Origin: Tubulanus polymorphus
Lineage: Eukaryota; Animalia; Nemertea
Assembly (NCBI RefSeq): GCF_964204645.1
Contig: NC_134030.1
Coordinates: 665,355-729,354, forward strand
DNA: 64,000 nt
Direction: 5' to 3'
The notes beneath the pieces are model-generated. The model had not been told where the DNA came from, made no database searches, and saw only the letters and a list, made by a program, of their open reading frames with translations. The stretch's first letter is position 1, and each line of letters opens with the position of its first letter. A program made the translations under genes and the position numbers. Below, in pieces: positions 14,523 to 27,100 of this stretch.

Positions 14523-15752
14523 ACAACCAACAAACTCAAGACTGACCCATAGCTGCTGCTGCTGAAACAACCAACAAACTCAAGACTGACCCATAGCTGC
14601 TGCTGCTGAAATAACCAACAAACTCAAGACTGACCCATAGCTGCTGAAACAACCAACAAACTCAAGACTGACCCATAGCTGCTGCTGCTGAAATAACCAA
14701 CAAACTCAAGACTGACCCATAGCTGCTGAAACAACCAACAAACTCAAGACTGACCCATAGCTGCTGCTGCTGAAACAATCAACAAACTCAAGACTGACCC
14801 ATAGCTGCTGCTGCTGAAACAACCAACAAACTCAAGACTGACCCAGCTGCTGCAACAATCAACAAACTCAAGACTGACCCATAGCTGCTGCTGCTGAAAT
14901 AACCAAAAAACTCAAGACTGACCCATAGCTGCTGAAACAACCAACAAACTCAAGACTGACCCATAGCTGCTGCTGCTGAAACAATCAACAAACTCAAGAC
15001 TGACCCATAGCTGCTGCTGCTGAAACAACCAACAAACTCAAGACTGACCCATAGCTGCTGTTGCTGAAACAACCAACAAACTCAAGACTGACCCAGCTGC
15101 TGCAACAATCAACAAACTCAAGACAGACCCATAGCTGCTGCTGCTGAAACAACCAACAAACTCAAGACAGACCCAGCTGCTGCAACAACCAACAAACTCA
15201 AGACTGACCCAGCTGCTGCAACAACCAACAAACTCAAGACTGACCCATAGCTGCTGCTGAAACAACCAACAAACTCAAGACTGACCCAGCTGCTGAAACA
15301 ACCAACAAACTCAAGACTGACCCATAGCTGCTGAAACAACCAACAAACTCAAGACAGACCCAGCTGCTGCAACAACCAACAAACTCAAGACTGACCCAGC
15401 TGCTGCAACAACCAACAAACTCAAGACTGACCCATAGCTGCTGCTGAAACAACCAACAAACTCAAGACTGACCCAGCTGCTGAAACAACCAACAAACTCA
15501 AGACTGACCCATAGCTGCTGAAACAACCAACAAACTCAAGACTGACCCAGCTGCTGCAACAATCAACAAACTCAAGACTGACCCATAGCTGCTGCTGCTG
15601 AAATAACCAACAAACTCAAGACTGACCCATAGCTGCTGAAACAACCAACAAACTCAAGACTGACCCATAGCTGCTGCTGCTGAAACAATCAACAAACTCA
15701 AGACTGACCCATAGCTGCTGCTGCTGAAACAACCAACAACCTCAAGACAGAC
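14523..15752. repeat. Variable-length (about 34-43 bp) minisatellite with internal (CTG)n; shorter array at 9361-9650
   Basis: Unit CAACCAACAAACTCAAGACTGACCC(AT)AG(CTG)n(A)AA. Confidence 0.95.
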
Positions 15753-18075
15753 CCCCTCGAATCCATTACCTTATTATCTCTCAATTTGCATTGTTTGACC
15801 TCGTCTGGTTGCTATGGAAACTATTTAGTTATATCAGGAACGGTTTTTTCGAGGTAACCAGTGGCAACATTTAACAGGCGTGTCCGTCCTAGAGATAAAC
15901 TGTCTGATTTCACAGCCACATCCGTCCTGGAGATAAACTGTTAGATAAACTCTGATTTCGCATCCGTCCTATTTCTTGTCATTGTATGAATATGTTTTCT
16001 CTTTTATAGGGTACAGCGCAGCAACAACAACAACAACAACAACAACGGTTCAATATTTCGATGTCCGGAATTGACGTAAGTTATCGTAAACGCCTGTTTG
16101 AAGTCATCATTCTTGAGCTTGAAACCGAAATTTATATATATATATAGAATATTAAACCCTGCTTCTGCTACTGACAGGTAATGTCCGTCATACATTACTG
16201 CATCGTCAAATCTATACCAGGGTGCACCCAGGCAGATCGTTCGCATCATCACATGCAAAGGGCTGATTATTTTGGAACCCAGTTTTTATCAGCTGGAACA
16301 TTCTGCACTTTCGACCATATTGATTGATAGCCCGTTATAGACGAGTGGAGAAAAACTGAAAAACCAGTTCGGACAAACTTCGATTGATTTCTTGTTTCTT
16401 GTTCAATAGTGACATATTGCAATAGAAAACCTGAAGCAGTGAACAGTAGAACTACAACCGTTTATTATAGTCAAAGTGGCTCCATCTGAAATGTTACCTC
16501 ATGGTAAACAAAAGGGAATTTCAATGAGCGAGGGCACCCTCACGTCCAGTACAAACGATGGTGCTAGTACAAATTTACTGCTTTCATGCTAATTTATTCA
16601 TACCATGATTACCATGATTACCACAATCTGATATATAATTTATTTTCAAATGATTTTATAGTTTTACTTATTTTTCTAGATAATGCCGAAAGCAGTGAAA
16701 AAAACGTGGGGTGCGGGCCCTCAACATCAAGCCCGTATCCTACTGTTAGTACAAATTTACTGTTTCCATGCTAATTTATTCATGATTAAGAATAGTTGTA
16801 AGAAAGTACTGAACTGTTTGACTGGCTCGATATATGATATATTTTCAATTTATTCATGATTAAGAATAGTTGTTAGAAAGTACTGAACTGTTTGACTGGC
16901 TCGATATATGATATATTTTCATATTATTATATATTATAACTAATGTTTTTAGATGTCAAAAGCCACCAAAAAGGCACCCAGCGGACAAGGGGGTCCCTCT
17001 ACATCAAGTCCATATGCACCTGTGAGTACAAATTCATCGCTTCATGCTAATTTATTAACTAATGAACGTTACAATAAAAATGTTGAAAATTTAATTTTTA
17101 ATGAAATTGACTAATATATTTATATTATTTTTTAATTTCTAGCGTCTCTACTTTGGGTCGCCAGGCCGATCGCCACCTCTGAATTCGGATAACAACAACA
17201 GCAGCAGCAGAAGCGCATCTCTTCCGCCAGAGACGCCTCCCGACTTCCAAGCGCGAAGTAAGTTCAGTCTTCAAATACAATTTCAACGCATTCAATTTTT
17301 TGTATGGAGCTAAAACGGTTAAAGTTGTGACCAGTTTTCATAACTCTGTGTCGGGGGCCGCTAACCAAAACAAATTTTGAAAATGTGCCCATCAATCAAA
17401 TTGCCTCTGGGCGATTTCTATTGATATAACGAAGGTTTTGATTAAATGAACAAATTTCAATATTTGTAAGTTTAACATTTCTGTTTTTAATTTTTCTTTG
17501 CGAGGAACTGAATTTTCGAACCCCCCGAACCGCCTCAAGCTACGTTCCTGATATAGTGCTAGCTATACCTGAATATTTTTTTCTTATTAAAATTGTTTAA
17601 AAAACCAGCACCTTGAACTTAGCAACGTTAATGAATTTGACTAATGTATTTTTTTATTTTCATTTCTAGCGTCGGTTTGCCTCGCAGGCAAGGTCACCGC
17701 TGCTAAATGTAAGTATCAGTGACGCCCTCAATCTCACATGCCTCACTTCCCTCGTACGTGCCGGTTTTTATGAAATTCCTCACGGAAATATATACTAGTA
17801 ATCTTAGAATACACGTTTTTCTACCCAGACCCCTTCATTCTACTGAACTACCGTATAATAAGTGCCTGTTGTGTTCATTTTCTGTTGCATTTATTTTTAT
17901 ATTATTTCCATTTACAGTCGGTGAATCACAGCAGCAGCAGCAGCAGCAGCAGCGCACCCCTCCGGAGACGCCTGTTTCTAATCGGTCAAATAACAACAGC
18001 AACAGCAGCAGCAGCAGCAGCAGCAGCGCACCCCTCCGGAGACGCCTGTTTCTAATCTGTCAAATAACAACAACA

Positions 18076-18106
<31 letters not shown>

Positions 18107-19370
18107 TAGCACCCCTCCAGAGACGCCTCCCGACTTTCAAGCACCAAGTAAGTTCAGTCTCCAAATACAATTTCAATGCTTTCAATTTTTTTGTATGTAG
18201 TTAAAAGTTGTGACCAGTTTTCATAACTCTGTGTCGGGGGCCCGCTAACCAAAACAAATTTTGAAAATGTGCCCATCAATTAAATTGCCTCTGGGAGATT
18301 CCTATTGGAGGAGCGGCTTCGTTCGGGGACAATTCCGGATTTGTTAACTGATCTAAAGAATATTCTTTCAGTGAAGGGATATGCCTTGAACGCATGAGTC
18401 GTTCATGTGCGCCTAATATGCCTTCACTGAAAAAAAATCAACTATAACATGTACCACATATTTTTTGATTTAATTTTAGTCCAATTCCACAATTATTTCG
18501 GCTTACAATAGTGTCTTCAATTCTTTAAAGCCCAAAGCACCTTTTTGACTCAACATTCGGTATGAAGGTGGCCGGGAATTGGGCCGGCCTGTTTTCTTTC
18601 CGTTTCTGTCTCACGCCCAGCATAATTCATTTATATCATGCTTAAGAATAAGGCAAGTAAAAGTACTTAACTGTATGAGAGGCTAGATATATTTTCAAAT
18701 GATTTAATATTTTTACTTTTTCTATATGCCTAAAGCTGCAAAAACGCCCAGTGGGCGAGGGCACCCTCACGTCCAGTACAAATGGTGCTAGAACAAATTT
18801 ACTGCGTCCATGCTAATTTATTCATACCATGATTACCATGATTACCACAATCTGATATATTATGTATTTTCGAATGATTTTATAGTTTTACTTATTTTTC
18901 TAGATAATGCCGAAAGCAGTGAAAAAAACGTGGGGTGCGGGCCCTCAACATCAAGCCCGTATCCTACTGTTAGTACAAATTTACTGTTTCCATGCTAATT
19001 TATTCATGATTAAGAATAGTTGTTAGAAAGTACTGAACTGTTTGACTGGCTCGATATATGATATATTTTCAATTTATTTAATATTATTACTAATTTTTTT
19101 AGATATCAAAAGCCACGAAAAAGGCACCCAGCGGACAAGGGCGTCCCTCAACATCAAGCCCATATGCTCCTGTAATTATAAATTCTTTGCTTTCATGCTA
19201 ATTTTTTAATTAATGAACGTCATAATAAAAATGTCGAATGAAATTGACTATTTATATTATTTTCATTTCAAGTGTCTGTCTTTTGGCTCACTAGCGAGAT
19301 CGCCGCCTCTCAATTCAAACAGTCACAACTAAAAAGATCTTATTTGGATTAAAATCATTGATTATTGCAC

Positions 19371-19660
19371 TCTGTTTGTCCTGTGGTACGACGTTAAACT
19401 GCCTCTTTTTAACAATACGTTTTATCCATACATTTTATCAGTGATTTTTATCTGTTTGTCCTGTGGTATGACGTTAAACTGCCTCTTTTTAACAATACGT
19501 TTTATCAATACATTTTATCAGTGATTTTTATCTGTTTGTCCTGTGGTATGACGTTAAACTGCCTCTTTTTAACAATACGTTTTATCCATACATTTTATCA
19601 GTGATTTTTATCTATTTGTCCTGTGGTACGACGTTAAACTGCCTCTTTTTAACAATACGT
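19371..19660. repeat. 80-bp tandem repeat, about 3.6 copies
   Basis: Units start at 19371, 19451, 19531 and 19611. Confidence 0.92.
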
Positions 19661-22600
19661 GTCCCTGGACCCCTACATGCACCATATAGAGTGGACCCCT
19701 ACATGCACCATATAGAGAATTAGTGAATGTGGTGTCCCTGGACCCCTACATGCACCATATAGAGAATTAGTTCACTGAACCAGAATAAGACTGACTGATA
19801 TATTTTCAAATGATTTAATATTTTTACTTGTTTTTCTAGAAGATGCCTAAAGCAACAAGAAAAACACGGGGCGCGGGCCCCTCACATTCAAGCCCGTATA
19901 ATAAAGTAAGTACAAATTTACTGCTTCCATGCTTATTTATTCATACCATGCTTAAGAATAGTTGTAAGAAAGTACTGAACTGTTTGACTGGCTCGATTAT
20001 ATGATGTATCTTCAATTTATTTAATACTTTTACTTTAAATTTTTCTATTAATATCATTATATCATAGTTATTTTACTAGATGCCGAAAGCTCAGAGAAAA
20101 ACAGGGGGCGCAGAAGCTTCAACTTCCAGCCCGACCTCCAGCCCATAAGCTGCTGCAATTACAAATGTACTGCTTCCATGCTAATTATTCATACCATGCA
20201 TTACAACAATGCCTAAAGCAATTAGAAAAACCTGGGCCGCGGGCCCCTCAAGTTCCAGCCCGTATGCTACTGTAAGTACACATTTACTGTTTCCATGCTA
20301 ATTTATTCATGATTAAGAATAGTTGTAAGAAAGTACTGAACTGTTTGACTGCCTCGATTATATGATGTATCTTCAATTTATTCAATACTTTTACTTTAAA
20401 TTTTTCTATTAATATCATTATATCATAGTTATCTTACTAGATGCCGAAAGCTCAGAGAAAAACAGGGGGGGCAGACCCTTCGACTTCAAGCGGCTAAGCT
20501 GCTGCAATTACAAATGTACTGTTTTCATGCTAATTTATTCATACTTTGTTAAGAATAAGTGTAAGAAAGCATTGAACTGTTTGACGGACTCATTATAAAA
20601 TGTATTTTCAAATGATTTTTACTTATTTTTCTAGATGCCAAAAGCAGGTTTCAAGCCAATGCAATCTGCAATCTGTTTATAGAAAAGCCAAAGATTCAGA
20701 TTTTAAATGAATTTTTATCTGTTGATCACCTGAAACGCCACTTTTCTCAAGGGAGGGACATTTAGGATTGACCTCTGAATGAACCCTGTCTGTTGATATC
20801 TTACGTAAATGGGTTAGAAAAATACAAATCCTTATTTGGGAACTGGACACACTTAGGTTCAGTTACATAATTCTATGGATTCAGTTCATCTCATTAAAAC
20901 AAACAGCTCTTATTCAAACTAGTTTTGTCAAGCAGGAACACTTGCTTTTAGAATTCGTCGTGCGTTCCGGCGGGAGGAGTTTGTACGTTTATTTCTACCG
21001 AAGTGTAAGTAGTTTAACTATTTTCATACAATATCATTTAGTGTGACGTGTGTCACTGATAATCAAAATCTAATAATAACTGTTGTTCCCTAGTATTAAC
21101 ATTGTGCAATTGAAATCCTATAGTTGTTTTTAGAAAGGATAGATGGCGCCATCAATGTGACAATCGATTGTAAAGTTTAAGAAATGAATGTTTAACCTCG
21201 CCGAGTACCAGAATTCTTAACCGTAGCATCGAAACCATTCGACTTGTTGTTTAATGTATTTCTCCCTATTTTTATTTTACAGTCATCAACATTTTAGACG
21301 AATGTCCGTTCGGGGAATTGGTGGAGGAATTTAAAAGAAACTTGGTTCCCGATAGGATATTACCACCACCTTTGTCGCCCGCTGCTGCCCCTCCCCAAAA
21401 TCGGATTAATACGCCTCAGCAGCGGCCTATCAGATAGCTGCACACCAGATAGAATGGGAGGGCAATTACCTAAAATTACCTTAGCAATGTTAGATTAAAG
21501 CGTGCAATGACTACTGGTGATAATAAGGAATCAAACTAATATGCTGTCAATAGTTTGAGCAAAAGTCACATTTCAAGCAACACATGCTAATGACACACAC
21601 ACAAGTGAAATCGATATATCGAGTGTTCAGACACAAGACGGTAGTTTCCAGCAAGAATTATCCGTTAAAACCAAATGATAACAGAGTGAAATTATCCTTT
21701 CATTTCCAAGAACAGCATCCAAATTGGAAAATTTCACAATTTATATATTTTTGACATTATAGAAGGGGCACGGACCCATCCAGATCAAGTATTAACATCA
21801 AGCCTTTCAACTATTCCAAAAGGCTTTCCCAGTGACATCATCATTGAGAAACCAGGTCAAGCTATGATTACTAGTTTTGCTCATTTTCACGCAGTACTTC
21901 TCAACGGCTAAGAGCTGATGGACGAAACTTTTCAAATTAATTCCAAAACCTCGAGCAAGAGAAAAGGATCGGACAGCAGTTGTAGTGAGGGAACAAGTGG
22001 ACCTCGGCCGCCAAAAAAGAATGCAGATTCAGAGGTACAACATACATTTCAATTACGATGATAATGAGATATCAGCTGTGTTTATCCAACTACAATCTGC
22101 GTCACAGAATGCAAGACAGGACAGCATCAGAAGAAAAGACGAGCGGTTCCTCTATCTCCCCTCTCCGTCTAACAATCCCGCTTACAACCACCATTTATCC
22201 ACTAAAAGTATTTTTTGTCAAATTTTTGTCACTTCGATTGATGATTCAATGAATATTTCCAAGAATTCAGATACAAGTGCTATATTTTCTGAATCCAAGA
22301 ATTTCTTTCCAAATAAGACAATTATTATTATCAAATTGACGAAGGCCAACGTGTTTTCTTTAAATAAAAGGCAGCGGCAAAAAGAAGAAAGTGACACCAG
22401 TGAAAATACTAAGATTTTGCACAATTGTTGCTATTTAATAAATCCCAGAATTGAGGTAGTTGAATAACCATAAAAATTGAGATAACGATATATGATATGA
22501 TATATGTAAATATGGTAAATCTAATTTTGAAATGAGTAAATGAATTATGATATATCTTTAACTAACGTTTTTGGGATGTTTTGCCCTAGTTTGTTAATGA

Positions 22601-23300
22601 AGATTTGTATGTTTATAAATACTAGTATGATATTCATTTCAAGTCAATTGCTATATTATACCTGATGATTAAAATAAATATAAGTTATATATATATATCC
22701 AGTTTCCCAAAAAGTCTGAACAAAACTTTTTTGTGAAAGCAGGACTAGATTTACTTATCTATTTTATTATTTATTTCATTATTTTTTTCTAAATTTTCTG
22801 TTTAACTTTTTCGATGTTAATTAGGGTCGAAAAATCACTCCCATTACAACAATGTAATTATTTTCAATCAATTTTAACATTTTTTTATAAATGAAAACCT
22901 TTTGAACCAATGAATTTCTAATTAAGTCTAAATATGTAAGTTTTTGATTCACAATTTATCACGATAGAGAATACCTGAATGCGGTGTGTAAATCGGTGAT
23001 GGACTTTACATTAAAACATTCAAAAACTGCAGAAACGCCTGAACAACAAGAACAAATTAATCTAACATCGTAATATGCTTGATACAGCAATTTAACCCTG
23101 TTTTTTGCTAGCAATCAGAAAAATATGGGGGCGACACTTGAACAGAAAAATAACCACATACTACAACAGAAACACCTGAAGAGATGATGGGAAGTTTGAA
23201 AACATCTCAAGACCTGTACTCCAAAAATATTGTAGTTTAATAATAAATATATCTCTACTTATCTTTTCCATTCAGTGATTCCCAATTCAGGTCAGTCCCT

Positions 23301-24165
23301 CCTGTGGCTGCTCCTAGGTGTGGTCCCTGTGGCTGCTCCTAGGTGTGGTCCCTGTGGCTGCTCCTAGGTGTGGTCCCAGTGGATGCTCCTAGGTGTGATC
23401 CCTGTGGCTGCTCCTAATGTCTATTTATTAATTGATGAGACCTGTTTTTCTTGGATATTTTGCTTACTTTTTGGGGTACATACCTCATTTATGTCTTAAC
23501 AGAATGCCAAAAGTCGCGGACAACAACTGAATATCCGATATATTTCCAGTTCTGTACCAATTAGATGGATTGGCAAAAAGACTCCTTAAGTCCAATTGAA
23601 TGAGAGAGAAAATCCTCCATTTTGTGAAATTTCTTGAATTTTTACATTGTCACCATGCCTACGAAATGAAGTTATTTTTCTTGTGGGGTCTCAACAACTA
23701 AATCAGGGTGGCGTAGGCATGGTAACAATGTTCAAATCCAAGAAATTTGACAAAATGGAGGATTTTCTCTCTCATTAAACTGGACTTAAGGAGTCTTTTT
23801 GCCAATCCATCTAATTGGTACAGAACTGGAAATATATCAGATATTCAGTTGTTGTCCGCGATTTTTGGCATTCTGTTAAGACATAAATGAGGTATGTACC
23901 CCAAAAAGTAAGCAAAATATCCCAGAAAAACAGGTCTCATCAATTAATAAATAGACATTAGGTGTGATCCCTGTGGCTGCTCCTAGGTGTGGTCCCAGTG
24001 GCTGCTCCTAGGTGTGGTCCCTGTGCCTGCTCCTAGGTGTGGTCCCAGTGGCTGCTCCTAGGTGTGGTCCCTGTGGCTGCTCCTAGGTGTGGTCCCTGTG
24101 GCTGCTCCTAGGTGTGGTCCCTGTGGCTGCTCCTACTTGCTGCTCCTAGGTGCGGTCCCCGGTGT
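23301..24165. repeat. 25-bp minisatellite interrupted by the foldback element
   Basis: Unit CCTGTGGCTGCTCCTAGGTGTGGTC on both sides of 23417-23958. Confidence 0.92.
23417..23958. mobile_element. Non-autonomous foldback/MITE-like DNA element with about 247-bp inverted arms and TA target duplication
   Basis: 23417-23663 is the reverse complement of 23712-23958 with few mismatches and a 48-bp spacer. TA flanks both sides, and the element sits at the CCTAGG of a minisatellite unit. Confidence 0.85.
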
Positions 24166-27100
24166 GGATCGATGACTCACCAGCAAATGCTAGAAAACAT
24201 AGAATTCAAAAGTTACTCAGCCGGTTTGAGAGATCTAAAGAATACTGACATCAATTCAAAGAGCGCGGTATCTATTTTATAAATCTCGCTGCTCTAGAGT
24301 GCGACCTCAACTAGTCTAAGAGTACTGGCGGCGATCTCTGAACCAGCATCTCGTGAGTAACAGTGTCTTCACTAATACGGAGCACGCACGTACAAGTTAG
24401 TCGTGTCACGTGGCTTTGCTGCGGAGAACGTTACGGGGATTCCCCGCCGTTCAGAACTGCTCGCGCATATCGGTTTTTTCGCCGCAGATATAGCGATGAG
24501 ATAAATCACCCGGTTCGACAAAAGGGATTTCAGAAATGAATTTGCGTATTATCTCAATAAGTAAATAGTTTTTTTCAGAAGTTTTGAATACAATTTTTTT
24601 CAAACTAAAAACGGTTTTAGGACTCCTAAAAAATTACGAAAGATTTAACAGCGGGCGAGCCGTGGTTGTCGCGTTCGCATCTGGGAAGCAACTCACGTGT
24701 TCGAATTCCGCACGACACTCAGGGAGGTGACCTCCCTGCTCCACCCAAGATGGGTACCTGGCCTGAGGGAAACTGATTGATACATTTAAGACTGGGAGTT
24801 GTAAAAGAATGAAAATGATGAAAGAAAGCGATATATACTTACTCACCAAAAAGAATTGCGCTTCTCAACGATTTGTTCAGACTTCAGTTATTTCCAGCAG
24901 TGTGTTTTCGCTATCCTACAAAAGAGGACAACACATTGAACACTTCAAATTATTTTGATTTTGAAATTAAAATTTTGATGACATGTATTAAACAGTACAA
25001 ACTTCAATGAAATTAAAATTTGCCACCATGGCCTAGCGAGTTTGTGAGAACATTAAGCTAAAAACGGTTAAGTACAAATTGTTGTCCTCATTGACAATGG
25101 CAATAAAACTTAAAAAATTGAGAACAGGGGCTGGTTTAATAGAGCAGTATCAATATTAACCCGGGCTTAAAGTCAATCTAATTGAGTTTAACCAGTCAAG
25201 AGTCAGCCACATTTGAAATGAATTGTTTAGTAAGAGTAATTTATTTCATCGTCAAAAAATTTAACTTTTAAAGAGTCAAAATCATTCTTAAACTGTTCAA
25301 CTGGGTGCGGAAAACATAAGCGGAAATGAAACAAGTTCATAAAGTTTCTTACGAATAAATTTCTAATGGTTATGTCAAATGTTAACACTAACCAAACACG
25401 TTCGGGTTCCGGGAGAATTTTCACAGGAGGTGTTCGCTGTCTGGTGTCCAGTGGTCGAAAGGAAGGTGCTGGTCAGGTAAAATGGATCGGAAGAGTTGCG
25501 GTCCATCCAAGCGATTATCTATAACAATACCATACGATCGATATCCGGTAAAGGAATGCGCACCGATTCCATTGTGAAAAAAGTCGATCAAAATTCAACC
25601 TGAATCCGGACACAATGGCGACCGCTGACCTGTGATTATAAGAAATAGGTTATAATGGGAAAAATCCGTGAACATGTATAGACTAAAATCAGAGGCTCAC
25701 CGACTTTAAACTATCTACATTAAATCATTTAACTTCTTTAAAACATTTGTTCACATTATACCTAGAAGCCTCTCTTGAATCGTAATTAGCCGTCCGTTGA
25801 ATCGAGATGTTTTTGTATGCTCAAAATTAAAGTCAAGACTAACACTGTGGAAATGAACATATTACTATAAGTCTAACCTTGGATCAAACTATATGCAACT
25901 GGATTCTGTGAGCTGGATCCTGATCTGTGGAACTGGATCCTAGGAGCTGGATCCTGATCTGTGGAACTGGATCCTAATGAGTGGACCTGGGTTCTGGCTG
26001 TGATGTACAAACAATCATAAGTTGCTGTATGATCGGCACAAACGCGCATTCCACACCTTGACAAAAACTCAACCATCAACATAAACACATACTTTTAGTT
26101 CAATACATATTTTATTTATGATTTAAATTTGCGATTTAGTCACTGGACTGGGATTAACTTCGTCGGCTGCCGATCGGTGTCTTACTGTGGCAAGTGAGGT
26201 TAGAAATTAGTTCACAGATTTACCGCTTATTGTTTATATAGAGGCAGCACTCGACGGTGGAGATCGTACATAGGTCGATTGTCCAACTGCGGTACGCGAG
26301 TAATAAGTACATCGTTTAGAGAATAAGACTGGTTACCGGGCTCTATCTTCAATCAGACCAAAATTACGGCAACCAGTCTATTCGAAAACTATTCAAAACC
26401 CAATATTATTTCACTTTGGTTACACTTTATACGTCCCGGGTTCGAACCCAGCAATTACTGACACTGATTTAGAGTGGTGCTATAATAGATGATATGCAAC
26501 AACACAAATTAAATCTTTGAAATAAATTCTACAACACATTTTCTGAATTTTCTCCCAACAATGCCCGGTAAAAAAAACTTTATTATCAACCTCTTTTCAA
26601 TGATCATATTATATTATTTTACACATTTCTTGAATATCTACAGAAATAAACATGTATTAACTTTTGAACAAATAGATGAAATTTCCCCATCATCACCATT
26701 TCTTTAAATAACATACATCAACATAGATAATATGAAAAAAATGCTTGACACTTCGTGGGATAGGTGTATAATCACAGGTTAAGAAAATGAATGGGATCTG
26801 AACTCGGGACCCGTGTCCCTGTGTACCAAAAGTCCCTCGCTCCGCTTTAACCGTCAAGTGCTGCCGCTCAAGATATCGTTGACGGTGAATATGTGAACTA
26901 ACTTTACACGCATGCCACAGTAGGAATATAGAGCGGTTGGGGTTTAGTTCACAAATTTGCATTCAATGTATGTTTTTTTTTTCTGGCAGCACCTCACGAT
27001 AAAATCGCTTCTCAGTCGGCCGTGGTCCTGCCAATCAAGACATCATATACATGTACGTGATAATTGTATATACATGTACGTGATAATATGTCAGTGTTGT

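Larger units (their letters stand above)
8561..21437 (+). other. Array of duplicated micro-exon cassettes; a fragmentary or partly decayed gene family for a basic, SP/TP-rich disordered protein
   Basis: AG/GT-flanked segments at 8561-8816, 11640-11869, 12556-12621, 13288-13326, 16010-16075, 16953-17021, 17670-17708 and 19840-19905, among others. Many copies carry frameshifts or stops. Confidence 0.5.

Noticed and set aside
15038-15526. Cys/Val-rich minus-strand ORFs (WVSLEFVGCCSS..)
   Set aside because: Translations of a minisatellite whose unit lengths are mostly not multiples of three.
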